DNA of 38,376 bases, from positions 1 to 38,376 of IMG/VR virus record IMGVR_UViG_3300037524_000937, one strand, 5' to 3'. A model generated the notes under the pieces. The model was given only the letters and a program-made list of their open reading frames with translations. It made no database searches and had not been told where the DNA came from. This DNA is from a virus (taxonomy: Duplodnaviria > Caudoviricetes). Position 1 is the stretch's first letter, and every line of letters begins with the position of its first letter. A program made the position numbers and the translations under genes. Positions 18,546 through 26,494 of this stretch are shown piece by piece.

Positions 18546-19520
18546 ATGGCGCAGCACGACATGGTGATCGACAACGCGAGCGGCGCCTCGGTGCGCTCGG
18601 ACCTCAACAATGCGTTCGCCGCGATCGCGAGCCTCAACAGCGGAGCGGCGGCGCCCAGCACGCCCTACGCCGACCAGCTCTGGGTCGACACCGCGAACGG
18701 CCTCGTGAAGCAGCGCAACGCCGCGAACAGCGCCTCGATCACCATCGGGCGCCGCGGCGAGGCGTACTGGGGGCTCGCGCCGCACGGCGGGTGCCAGCTC
18801 TCCAAAAGCGGGGCGAACCTGCTTCTCTCGCCGTTCAAGGGCAACAAGCTCCTGATCAATGGGGCGCTCGAGGTGGTGCCGGCCAGCACGACGCTCTCGG
18901 CCGCCGCGCTCTCGTCTTCGACAACCTATTTCATTTACGCCTACATGTCGTCGGGCACGTTCACGCTGGAAGCCTCTGCCACGGCGCCCTCGACGGGAAC
19001 CGACGGCGTGACCATCAAAACGGGCGACGCGACGCGCACGCTCGTTGGCATGGCGCGCACGATTGCGGGCCCGGCATGGGCGGACACCGCCGCGCAGCGC
19101 TTCGTGCGCTCGTGGTTCAACGACCGGGGGCTCGCGAGCTTCAAGTACGCCACGGGCGGCGACATCAACTTCGGCTCCGCGGCGTGGGCCGAGGTGTCGA
19201 CGACCAACCGCATCGAGGCGCTGCTCTGGGCGGGCGAGGCGTTTCGGATTACTGCGCACGCGAGTTGCTACGACAACGTCGGCACCTCCGCGTTCTACCT
19301 ATCTACCGGCGTGAATGGCGGCGCCGCGGGGATCCCGGCGTATGGCAGCACCGCGTCGGCGGGCAACGTGATCACGCTCTGCGCGGAATACGCCGACAAC
19401 GGGCTCGCACAGGGCTACCACTACTTCCAGCTCCTCGGGGGCGTGGCGAACTACACCACGCCCTACTACAACGACGAATACACCGGGCTCGTGCTCTCGA
19501 CCATGGGGAGCGGGGCGTAG
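18546..19520 (+). CDS. Tail fibre / receptor-binding protein
   Basis: N-terminal 'MAQHDMVIDNASGASVRSDLNNAFAAI...APSTPYADQLWVDT' typical of siphophage side fibres. Beta-rich C-terminal head. Confidence 0.8.
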   Translation: MAQHDMVIDNASGASVRSDLNNAFAAIASLNSGAAAPSTPYADQLWVDTANGLVKQRNAANSASITIGRRGEAYWGLAPHGGCQLSKSGANLLLSPFKGNKLLINGALEVVPASTTLSAAALSSSTTYFIYAYMSSGTFTLEASATAPSTGTDGVTIKTGDATRTLVGMARTIAGPAWADTAAQRFVRSWFNDRGLASFKYATGGDINFGSAAWAEVSTTNRIEALLWAGEAFRITAHASCYDNVGTSAFYLSTGVNGGAAGIPAYGSTASAGNVITLCAEYADNGLAQGYHYFQLLGGVANYTTPYYNDEYTGLVLSTMGSGA

Positions 19521-19584
19521 GTCGACAACAAGCAAGCGGTTCGGCTCCTGGCCACCTCCGCGAGACCAAAAGGGAAACGAAGGG

Positions 19585-19977
19585 ATGAGCAACGAATTGG
19601 CAGTTGCAACGATCGGCCTGATTTCCGCCGTGGTGCTGGCGGTGATCGGGCTACTCACCAAACAGCACGCCAAGGCGGCGCAGAAGGCCGCCGAGGATTC
19701 GAGCGACGCTGTGAATCACCGCCATTTGAACGGCACGCCGCGGCTGTATGACATCGTGCTCGACGTGAGCCAAAAGGTGGACTACCTCATGCGCTGGCGC
19801 GAGGAGTGGCAGAGCCTCCCGTCGAACATCGCCGACGGCGACGGCCTCTCGCACAAGCTGGAAAAGCTCGAGGCCGGGCAGGATCGCATCCGCGACGACG
19901 TCAACGATCTGCGCGCCGAGCTGCGCGACCACGTGGAGTGGGAGATGAAGCACCCGGCCACGGGGAGGACGCCATGA
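19585..19977 (+). CDS. Single-pass membrane protein with coiled coil (holin/antiholin-like)
   Basis: N-terminal hydrophobic helix, lysis-cassette position. Confidence 0.55.
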   Translation: MSNELAVATIGLISAVVLAVIGLLTKQHAKAAQKAAEDSSDAVNHRHLNGTPRLYDIVLDVSQKVDYLMRWREEWQSLPSNIADGDGLSHKLEKLEAGQDRIRDDVNDLRAELRDHVEWEMKHPATGRTP

Positions 19978-20348
19978 CCAGAAAGACGAAACGCCCGCCG
20001 CCGCGCATCCGCGGCCTCGGGGAACTGCTCGCCGAGAAGACGCCGGAAGCGCCCGAGCCCGTCGTGGCCGAGATCGGCGGCGGCGGCATCGAGAACGCCC
20101 GCACCATGAACGCGGGCGACGGCACGCAGCCGCTCATCAAGCAACCCGCGTTCCTGGTCGCGCTCGCGCTCATTCCGCTCGTCTACATGACCGCCGCCGC
20201 GGTGCTGTTCGGTGCCGGGTTCAGCGAAGAGGTGAAGGTGATCGTCGTGACGGCGATCGTGTCGGGGCTGACCGGATCGATCTCGGGGTTCTTCTGGGGC
20301 TCGAGCTACACCACCAGCCGCAGCCGCGGCCTGAACGCGAGGCCATAG
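19974..20348 (+). CDS. Holin-like membrane protein
   Basis: Two hydrophobic segments ending 'GFFWGSS', as in GTA-type 3TM holins. ATG at 19974. Confidence 0.6.
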   Translation: MTRKTKRPPPRIRGLGELLAEKTPEAPEPVVAEIGGGGIENARTMNAGDGTQPLIKQPAFLVALALIPLVYMTAAAVLFGAGFSEEVKVIVVTAIVSGLTGSISGFFWGSSYTTSRSRGLNARP

Positions 20349-20350
20349 CC

Positions 20351-20545
20351 ATGCCGTTCCCGATGTACGACCCGCTCCGCGACGGCCCGGACGTGTTCGC
20401 GTGGATCCTGCGCGCGTCCGCGGATGAGCGCCGGCGACGCCACGCCCTCACCGAGCCCGCGCGCGAGCGAATGCTGGCGCAGTACCGCGAGCGGCTGATG
20501 ATGGTGCGGCGCCTGGACGAGCGCGACCTCGGAGGCGGCGCATGA
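20351..20545 (+). CDS. Hypothetical protein
   Basis: Short ORF in series with its neighbours. Confidence 0.45.
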   Translation: MPFPMYDPLRDGPDVFAWILRASADERRRRHALTEPARERMLAQYRERLMMVRRLDERDLGGGA

Positions 20546-20910
20546 GCGCGCTGGCCAGCCTGGTGCAGCAGCAGATCGGCGCCGTTCACCGCGGGCTAGA
20601 GGCAGCGGGGTACACACGCGCGCCACGCCGCCAGAACCCGCGGTGGTCGAAAGCCGAGGACGAAAAGCTCCGCCACGTGTACGAGACGCAAGGCCGCAAG
20701 GCGTGCGAGGAAGCCTTCGCCGGCAAGCGCTCGGCCGGCGCGGTCCAGAACCGCTGCAACAAGCTGCGGCTCGTGGGCACCCGGCAGGCCGCGCTCGGCC
20801 GCCTGCGCTGGCGACTGCAGTGCGCCCGCGAGAAGGTGCAGATGCTGGAGGACGAGCTCGCCCGCCGGGAGGGGCCGAAGGCCGCGCAAAAGGGGCGGTG
20901 GCGCGCCTGA
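20542..20910 (+). CDS. Putative DNA-binding protein (Myb/SANT-like HTH)
   Basis: GGAGG RBS. 'RWSKAEDEKLR...KRSAGAVQNRCNKLRL' followed by a coiled coil. Confidence 0.6.
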   Translation: MSALASLVQQQIGAVHRGLEAAGYTRAPRRQNPRWSKAEDEKLRHVYETQGRKACEEAFAGKRSAGAVQNRCNKLRLVGTRQAALGRLRWRLQCAREKVQMLEDELARREGPKAAQKGRWRA

Positions 20911-21130
20911 CAATTCGGCGCTGCCGCTGGCGTCGCGATGGCGCGCGCGACGCTAGATCCTGACAACCGCCCAGCGCAGCGCCATGATGCGCAACGCTTT
21001 TCCCGCCCGGCGCGTCAGTTTCGTAATCAGTAGGTCCGCGGTTCGAGTCCGCGCACCAGCACCACAAATCAGCTACTTACGCTCGTTTGTGGCGGCCGGA
21101 TTGTCAGGATGGCAGAAATCCTGACAATTC
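20906..21130. promoter_or_regulatory. attP arms: four CCTGACAA integrase arm-type sites and an IHF-like site
   Basis: CCTGACAA at 20906, 20959 and 21120, inverted at 21101-21108. AATCAGctacTTA at 21067-21079 matches WATCARnnnnTTR. Confidence 0.7.
21020..21064 (+). other. attP core: 3' half of tRNA-Thr(CGT)
   Basis: TTCGTAATCAGTAGGTCCGCGGTTCGAGTCCGCGCACCAGCACCA contains anticodon loop CGT, T-arm CGCGG-TTCGAGT-CCGCG and a CCA end. No D-arm or 5' half upstream. Confidence 0.88.
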
Positions 21131-21335
21131 ACTTCGGCTCGCGCGCCTTGGAGCGCTTCGATTCCCGGACCTTCACGCGCTTGCTGATCGAGTCCATCAG
21201 GGCGCGAACCGCGACATGCGCCGATCGAAGTTGGGTCGCCTCATCCGGAGTCAACGGTTCAACTTCCACCAGCAAAGTTTTCACCGCTCTGAGGATATAG
21301 AGCGATCCGGTGTCCATGTATTCCTGCTCGGTCAT
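21129..21335 (-). CDS. Hypothetical protein
   Basis: GAGG RBS, overlaps upstream ORF, lower GC than flanks. Confidence 0.6.
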   Translation of the reverse strand: MTEQEYMDTGSLYILRAVKTLLVEVEPLTPDEATQLRSAHVAVRALMDSISKRVKVRESKRSKAREPK

Positions 21336-21586
21336 TTGTTCACCTCAACGGGGTAATCTTCGCCGCCAAGCAATCGTCCGTCGACGACGATCTTTCCCGT
21401 CGCGAGGCATTCTTCGACTGCCATCGATCTGATCATGCTCGCCATCAAAGCCAGGGCGCAGCTCGTTGGAGACGTCGGAGATTCACCGAAAGCAGTGATG
21501 TAGTGCTCTCGCTGTAGGTCGCAATACAGCGCGCAGAGTTCGCGAATCTGCGTGGCTCCCTTCAGAATGTCGGTCGACTCGCTCAT
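21332..21586 (-). CDS. Hypothetical protein
   Basis: Starts 4 nt after the integrase stop, lower GC. Confidence 0.6.
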   Translation of the reverse strand: MSESTDILKGATQIRELCALYCDLQREHYITAFGESPTSPTSCALALMASMIRSMAVEECLATGKIVVDGRLLGGEDYPVEVNK

Positions 21587-21590
21587 AGTG

Positions 21591-22688
21591 TCACCGCAGC
21601 GGCGTCACCTTGGCCGCTCTCCGCAGGTACGTCCCGCGCGTGGTGCGCGCGTCGCTGTGTCCCGCGAATTCCTGCGCGTCGCGGCCCTGGTCGTGCGCTT
21701 CGGCAATCGCGGCCGCGCGCAGGTCGTGGAAGTGCAGGTCGTCAATCGTCGCCGCTCCGTCGAGCAGGGCGTTCGCGCGCGCGATGGCGCGTCGCCACGC
21801 CGATTCGAGCGCGGAGAGCGTGTAGCGCTGCGGGCCGGTCTCGCCGCGCCGGGCGGGGCGCACCCACAGGGCCAGCGCGTCGGCCGCGCCGGGGCGCTCT
21901 GCGGCGGCGGCGACGATGGCGCGCAGCTCAGGGCTCCATGCCCACACTTGCCTCTTGCCACGCTTGGCCTGGCGCAGGTGGATGCCGTCGGCGCGCAGCT
22001 GGCCGCGCTGCAGGGCGAGGATGTCGGAGGCGCGCCAGCCGGTCGCCAGCGCCCAGCGGATCCAGAGGTCGAGGGGATCGATTGCGACGGCGAGCAGGCA
22101 CTCGACTTCCCACGGCGCCGGCTCGCGGGTGCGCGCCTCTTCGCGGTGGCGGCGCACGCCGGCGGCTGGGCTGTATTCGGTGAGGCCCCAGCGCTTGGCG
22201 GCGGCGAAGACTTCCGAGAGCACGGCGAGGTGGCGGTTTGCGGCCACGGGCGCGGCGGCGGCATCAAGCCAGCGCTGGACGTCGGCGGTGCGCAGGGCGT
22301 CGCCGGCGCGATGCGCGGCGGCGTGCTCGCTGGCGGCATAGCGGCGCGCACCGAAGGCGGCGCGCAGCACGGCGAGGCTGCGGCAGTATTCGTGCACGGT
22401 CTTGGGTTTGCGGCCGCGCTCGAGCTCGTCGGATTCCCAGCGGTCGATCAGCTCCGCGACGCTGCCCGGCGCGGGCCACGCCTCGGCAGGGCGATGCCCG
22501 AGCAGCTCGGCCCAGCGGCGGCGCATGGCTGCGGCCTCGTCGAGCGGGCCGAGGTCGACGGTGGCCGATTCGCCTCGCTCTTTCCTCGCCCGGCGCTCGA
22601 CGAGCGACGTGGGCCGCCACCGATAGCGCCCGTCGACGACGTGGACGCCTGGCGGAAGGTCAAGCCGGGTGCGGCGTGGGCGGCCCAT
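21591..22688 (-). CDS. int: Tyrosine recombinase (integrase)
   Basis: Catalytic R (TGWRASD), K (QAKRG), HxxR (FHDLR), H (AGHS), Y (TYLR). Start is either 22688 or 22715. Confidence 0.93.
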   Translation of the reverse strand: MGRPRRTRLDLPPGVHVVDGRYRWRPTSLVERRARKERGESATVDLGPLDEAAAMRRRWAELLGHRPAEAWPAPGSVAELIDRWESDELERGRKPKTVHEYCRSLAVLRAAFGARRYAASEHAAAHRAGDALRTADVQRWLDAAAAPVAANRHLAVLSEVFAAAKRWGLTEYSPAAGVRRHREEARTREPAPWEVECLLAVAIDPLDLWIRWALATGWRASDILALQRGQLRADGIHLRQAKRGKRQVWAWSPELRAIVAAAAERPGAADALALWVRPARRGETGPQRYTLSALESAWRRAIARANALLDGAATIDDLHFHDLRAAAIAEAHDQGRDAQEFAGHSDARTTRGTYLRRAAKVTPLR

Positions 22689-22717
22689 AGAGGGCGGGAT
22701 GATACGCCTGCGCATGG

Positions 22718-23179
22718 TTAGGTGCCGGAGGTGGCTTTCATGGATTCGTCGACGGCGGCATCAAGATCCACGCGTCGAAGATCGGCGGTCCACGCTGGCG
22801 CGCGCCAACACCGTACCTCCCACTGCGTCCACCTTGAGGAGCTGTCCGCGCACGAATCGCCGCGCAGCCACCGATAGCGCTCCGCATCCTTCCGCAGCCG
22901 CTCGATCTCCTCGTCGCGCTCCATTGCCGCGTTCCATGCGGATCGTTCTGACGCGCGCAGCCGCTCGATCTCCGCTCTGGCCTCGACCAACTCAATCGCC
23001 TCCTTCTCCCGATGTTCGATTCCTGCTTTGTCAAGATCGAACCGGATCGCTTTGTCACGATACTCGGCAAGCTCTCGCTCTAACTGTTTGCAGAAGTCCT
23101 CATCCACTCCGCCAGCATACCCAATGCTGGTTCCTTTGATGCTCTTGATGTGAGTATCAGTCCTCGGCGTGTCGCTCAT
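22718..23179 (-). CDS. Hypothetical early protein (Ead/Ea22-like coiled coil)
   Basis: 'MSDTPRTD...QLERELA', 'LRKDAERYRWLR...DLDAAVD' are common phage early-gene modules. Confidence 0.7.
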   Translation of the reverse strand: MSDTPRTDTHIKSIKGTSIGYAGGVDEDFCKQLERELAEYRDKAIRFDLDKAGIEHREKEAIELVEARAEIERLRASERSAWNAAMERDEEIERLRKDAERYRWLRGDSCADSSSRWTQWEVRCWRAPAWTADLRRVDLDAAVDESMKATSGT

Positions 23180-23264
23180 GATTCCTCCCGGCGCAGAATT
23201 CGAGTGCTTCGCGGATGGTGTCCTCGTGGATCGTGTCGTCTGCTATATGTCTCTCGGTAGTCCA

Positions 23265-23462
23265 TCACCGCCCCTCCTCCAATATCTCAGCCACCACCCG
23301 CGCCGCCTTCACGGCGCTTTCCAGACGCTCGACGTCGGCGAGCGGCATCTCCACGGTCGTCCACCGATGCCCACAGCGCTCGCACTTGCGCCGCCGGCGA
23401 CCGTGCTCCGCGCGCTCGACGCGCGACGCCTGGTGGCGGCAGCACGGGCAGGGCGCGCTCAT
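23265..23462 (-). CDS. NrdR-N-like zinc ribbon protein
   Basis: 'CPCC...RRRRKCERCGHRWTTVE'. Confidence 0.75.
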   Translation of the reverse strand: MSAPCPCCRHQASRVERAEHGRRRRKCERCGHRWTTVEMPLADVERLESAVKAARVVAEILEEGR

Positions 23463-23650
23463 CGCGTCCAGTCCACAGGCATAAGCTTCAGCTCGAACGT
23501 TTTGGTCTCGAACTTGGGTTCGGCGACGGACGTGACGACATAGGTCGCGTGCACGAACGTCGTTGTCCGGTCGATCTCGATCGTGACGTGCGTCAGGCGC
23601 TCGGTGGGCAGCCCAATAAACTCACACACTTTGACGCCGGCTGTGGTCAC
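23459..23650 (-). CDS. Hypothetical protein
   Basis: GTG start overlaps the kinase stop; stop overlaps the next ATG. Confidence 0.55.
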   Translation of the reverse strand: MTTAGVKVCEFIGLPTERLTHVTIEIDRTTTFVHATYVVTSVAEPKFETKTFELKLMPVDWTR

Positions 23651-24195
23651 CGAATCAGCTCCGCAACGCGCGCGGCGAGGTCTTCGATGCTGCCGTCGTT
23701 CACGACGCCCTGGCTGATGAGCGCCGCCGGGATGCCGGCTTCGCTGGCGTGTTGCCGCGCGCGGCCCTCGAAGCCGGGGCGCACGATGCGCCACACTTCG
23801 CCGCCGGGCTGATCGAGCACCCAGCGCGCCTCGTTGGGGAAGCGCACATCCGAGACCACGATCGCGGGCAGCCAGTCGGTGCGCCGGTCGCGCTCGATGC
23901 GCGCGGCGAGGATGCGCACCCAGAAGTCTGCGCGCACGCGCTCGCGGCCCCATTCGGTGCCGAGCGTCTGCAGCAAGTATCGCGGGCTCACGCCGAGGCC
24001 GTCGATCTCGACTTCCTTTCGCTCGGGGTCTTCGAGGTGCTCGGACACCTCGTCGCCAAGACCGTGCAGCATGGTGGCGAGGCCGTCTTTGAGCGGGTCA
24101 GCGAAGGCGTAGGCGACGAAGCCCGCGCCTTCGAGGATCGAGGCGACGGTGCTTTTGCCGCAGCGAGCGGGGCCGGTGAGTCCGATCAACCGCAT
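23647..24195 (-). CDS. Deoxynucleoside monophosphate kinase (T4 gp1-like)
   Basis: P-loop 'GPARCGKST', 'FADPLK', 'PRYLLQTLGTEWGR', 'DVRFPNE', 'HASE', 'NDGS'. Confidence 0.92.
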   Translation of the reverse strand: MRLIGLTGPARCGKSTVASILEGAGFVAYAFADPLKDGLATMLHGLGDEVSEHLEDPERKEVEIDGLGVSPRYLLQTLGTEWGRERVRADFWVRILAARIERDRRTDWLPAIVVSDVRFPNEARWVLDQPGGEVWRIVRPGFEGRARQHASEAGIPAALISQGVVNDGSIEDLAARVAELIR

Positions 24196-24371
24196 ACGGG
24201 AAGCATCGGCAGGGCCGGCACGTAGCGGTGGTCGCAGTGGCGGCGGTTGCGGTTGATGTCGCGCTGGTCGAGGTATTCGTGCGCGGCACGCAGGCGGACC
24301 TGATACCAGTGCGGATAGACGTGGCCGCCTGGCGTTTCGAGCGCGGGCGGGTCGGGCATGAGGATGATCAT
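24186..24371 (-). CDS. Hypothetical protein
   Basis: Short ORF within the early-left operon. Confidence 0.5.
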   Translation of the reverse strand: MIILMPDPPALETPGGHVYPHWYQVRLRAAHEYLDQRDINRNRRHCDHRYVPALPMLPVCG

Positions 24372-24385
24372 GGCGGGGGCTTTCG

Positions 24386-24457
24386 TCAGAGAACGAAGAG
24401 GCCGGCGAGAATGCCGGCGATGAACCAGGCGGCGGCGACGAGCAGGTGAGTGAGCAT
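24386..24457 (-). CDS. 23-aa hydrophobic peptide
   Basis: MLTHLLVAAAWFIAGILAGLFVL. Start is coupled to the upstream stop (TGATG). Confidence 0.45.
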   Translation of the reverse strand: MLTHLLVAAAWFIAGILAGLFVL

Positions 24458-24600
24458 CACGAGCGAGCCGTCCAGATGGTCTTCGGCGTGGCGTGCGGGG
24501 TGCATGTCCATTGCTGCAAGTCCTCCCATGAGAGAGCGAAAAGCACGCCGACCGCGAAGGCGACGGCGAGGGTGACGGCGTAGTCGGCGTGGCGGGTCAT
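24457..24600 (-). CDS. Small membrane protein
   Basis: 47 aa, one TM helix, ATGA-coupled. Confidence 0.55.
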   Translation of the reverse strand: MTRHADYAVTLAVAFAVGVLFALSWEDLQQWTCTPHATPKTIWTARS

Positions 24601-24803
24601 GCGTGCGTCCACCGCTGGTTCCAGGCGCGCACAGCTTCGTCGAACGACTGCGAGGTGCGGGAGTCGTGTGGATGCACGGGCATCGGGCCGGTGACGCCGC
24701 AGTTGTTGCAGACGACGGCCCAGACGGCGGTGGAAACTTCTTCGACGGTGACGTTCAACTCGGCGCTGCAGAAGGGGCAGGGCTTGAGGGTGGCCGCCAT
24801 CAC
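24597..24803 (-). CDS. Lar-family restriction alleviation protein
   Basis: 'LKPCPFC...VVCNNCG...AVRAWNQR'. Confidence 0.8.
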   Translation of the reverse strand: MMAATLKPCPFCSAELNVTVEEVSTAVWAVVCNNCGVTGPMPVHPHDSRTSQSFDEAVRAWNQRWTHA

Positions 24804-25210
24804 TCTGGCCCCTCGCAGATCGCCGTGAGAAGCGCGTGCACTTCGCGCGCGGCGTCAAAGCTGATGCGCAGGGCCTCTTCGCCGACGCCGATCTGGACGT
24901 CGCCGCACGAGAAGCGGCCGACGAAGATCTCGGGGGCATCGGGATCGGCGGGGGTGTCGGGCTCGACCTCGGCCGCGGGCTTCGTCGAGCGCTTGCGCGC
25001 GGGCGTGCTCGCCGTGATTTGTGGAGCGCTCTCGGAGAGCGCATAGGTGTAAGAACCCCGCGTCCCGAGCGCGACGATGTCACCGCGCAACTTGAGACCT
25101 TGCGTCGCGTTGAGCACGGCCTTGATCTTCACGTCGAGTACGCGCGCGAGCTCCGCGGCGCTATGCGGGCCGGCATGTAGCTTCGCTAGGATCTGATCGG
25201 CGATTCTCAT
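24800..25210 (-). CDS. Winged-helix DNA-binding protein
   Basis: 'QILAKLHAGPHSAAELARVL...L..RGDI...YTYAL'. ATG at 25210. Confidence 0.65.
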   Translation of the reverse strand: MRIADQILAKLHAGPHSAAELARVLDVKIKAVLNATQGLKLRGDIVALGTRGSYTYALSESAPQITASTPARKRSTKPAAEVEPDTPADPDAPEIFVGRFSCGDVQIGVGEEALRISFDAAREVHALLTAICEGPE

Positions 25211-25530
25211 ACGGGCAACTCTTCGATCGCCGCGCAGGTGGCTCGCAGGCGGGCATCGACGGCCAGCGCGAGGTAGCGCACGCGGCCGGCGTCGCTGAAG
25301 GCGATGCGCGATGCTTCGGCCCAGTGCCGGGCGGCGTCGTCGTGGAAGCCGTGGCGCTCGGCGTCGCGCGCGGCGCATTCCAGGCATTCGATGCGCAGCG
25401 CCCGCGCGCGATCGCGCAGGCGGGTGTTGGCAGTGGCGTCGATCGCGCGCCGCCAGAATTCGGCGGCGACGTCCCACGCGCCTTTCCGCTCGGCGCGGAG
25501 GGCGGCGTCTTCCAACTGAACGAAGGTCAT
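25207..25530 (-). CDS. Helical-repeat hypothetical protein (first gene of the leftward early operon)
   Basis: GGAG RBS. Internal duplication 'AERKGAWDVAAEFWRRA' / 'AERHGFHDDAARHWAEA'. Confidence 0.65.
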   Translation of the reverse strand: MTFVQLEDAALRAERKGAWDVAAEFWRRAIDATANTRLRDRARALRIECLECAARDAERHGFHDDAARHWAEASRIAFSDAGRVRYLALAVDARLRATCAAIEELPV

Positions 25531-25566
25531 ACGGCATCTCCCTTGGTTGGCGCCATCCGGTCGGTG

Positions 25567-25613
25567 ATGTGCTGGCGCATCATTAGGCTAATGCGTCAGC
25601 GCATAACTGTCAA
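25567..25613 (-). promoter_or_regulatory. PL-like promoter with two operators
   Basis: TTGACA (25613-25608), 17 bp, TAGCCT (25590-25585). Operators ATGCGTCAGCGCAT (25591-25604) and ATGTGCTGGCGCAT (25567-25580). Confidence 0.8.
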
Positions 25614-25652
25614 GGCGCGAATGCATAGGCCGGGCGGCCTACTCGCGATTAG

Positions 25653-25844
25653 CTAGGCGCGAGGGGGAAGGCGGTTACGGATATCGACGAGGACGTCGAT
25701 CACGCCGGCGAGCCCGAAGGCGACGATGCCGGAGAGGAAAAGGCCCAGAGCGATCGAGAGGGTGCTGGTCAGCAAGCCGATCGACGCCGCGAGCACCGCG
25801 CCCATCCACGAGAAGACGCCCACGATGGTGAGCAGGATTCTCAA
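25653..25844 (-). CDS. Small two-TM membrane protein co-transcribed with the repressor
   Basis: AAGGAG RBS, ATGA overlap with the repressor stop. Confidence 0.7.
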   Translation of the reverse strand: MRILLTIVGVFSWMGAVLAASIGLLTSTLSIALGLFLSGIVAFGLAGVIDVLVDIRNRLPPRA

Positions 25845-26179
25845 TGCTCGTGCTCCTTCTTCTCGGATTCGAGCAGCGTGGTAGCGGTGGCGGCTAGGAT
25901 GTCGCGCTTGTAGTCGGGCAGGACTTCCATGGCGCGCAGAACCGTGGCGACGCGGGAGTTCGCGGAGATCGGCAGCTCGCCGATCAACTGACCGAGCGTG
26001 ACGCCCAGCGCGCCGGCAATGGCTTCGAGCTTGTCGAGGCCCATGCTCTGGCTCTCGCCCTTCAGGAACCTGGAGATGGTCGGCTGCGCAACGCCGCAGG
26101 CGTCGGCGAGCTGGTTATGGCTCCAGCCGTGCTCGTCGAGGGCGGTGCGCAGGATCTCGCGGACCTTGGGCCAATTCAT
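25841..26179 (-). CDS. CI-like repressor (XRE HTH, no peptidase domain)
   Basis: 'SHNQLADACGVAQPTISRFLKG...LEAIAGALGV', divergent from the cro-like gene. Start probably 26179 (alternative 26224). Confidence 0.85.
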   Translation of the reverse strand: MNWPKVREILRTALDEHGWSHNQLADACGVAQPTISRFLKGESQSMGLDKLEAIAGALGVTLGQLIGELPISANSRVATVLRAMEVLPDYKRDILAATATTLLESEKKEHEH

Positions 26180-26248
26180 GCCCGAATAATCCGCACCCGG
26201 CCGGGGACTGTCCAATGCGTACATGTGTTGATTCCTCCTCGGATCGGC

Positions 26249-26278
26249 TTGACGTCTAATGCGTCAGTGCATTACCCT
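26249..26278 (+). promoter_or_regulatory. PR-like promoter with operator
   Basis: TTGACG, 18 bp, TACCCT. Palindrome TAATGC-gtcagt-GCATTA at 26257-26274. Confidence 0.75.
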
Positions 26279-26284
26279 CCGTGC

Positions 26285-26494
26285 ATGCTTGCACAAAAAG
26301 TTAGAGACCTCAACTCAGCCGGTGGTCTCACAGAACAGCAAATCGCCGACCGGCTCGGCGTCTCGCAGGGGACCGTCAACAGAATCAAGCTCGGCAAGCA
26401 AAAGCCGGGCTACGAGCTCGGCAGGCGCATCGACGAGCTGTGGGCGGAGCTGTGCGAGTGCGCGGCGCAGCAGGGCGGCCCGAATGGTCTCTGA
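26285..26494 (+). CDS. Cro-like HTH protein
   Basis: 'LTEQQIADRLGVSQGTVNRIKLG...PGYELGRRI', first gene after PR. Confidence 0.85.
   Translation: MLAQKVRDLNSAGGLTEQQIADRLGVSQGTVNRIKLGKQKPGYELGRRIDELWAELCECAAQQGGPNGL

Noticed and set aside
19100-19520. Diversity-generating retroelement target in the fibre C-terminus (many AAC/TAC codons)
   Set aside because: No reverse transcriptase and no second near-identical template copy were found in the genome.
21020-21064. Functional phage tRNA gene
   Set aside because: Only the 3' half is present, with no 5' acceptor strand or D-arm. It is an att core.
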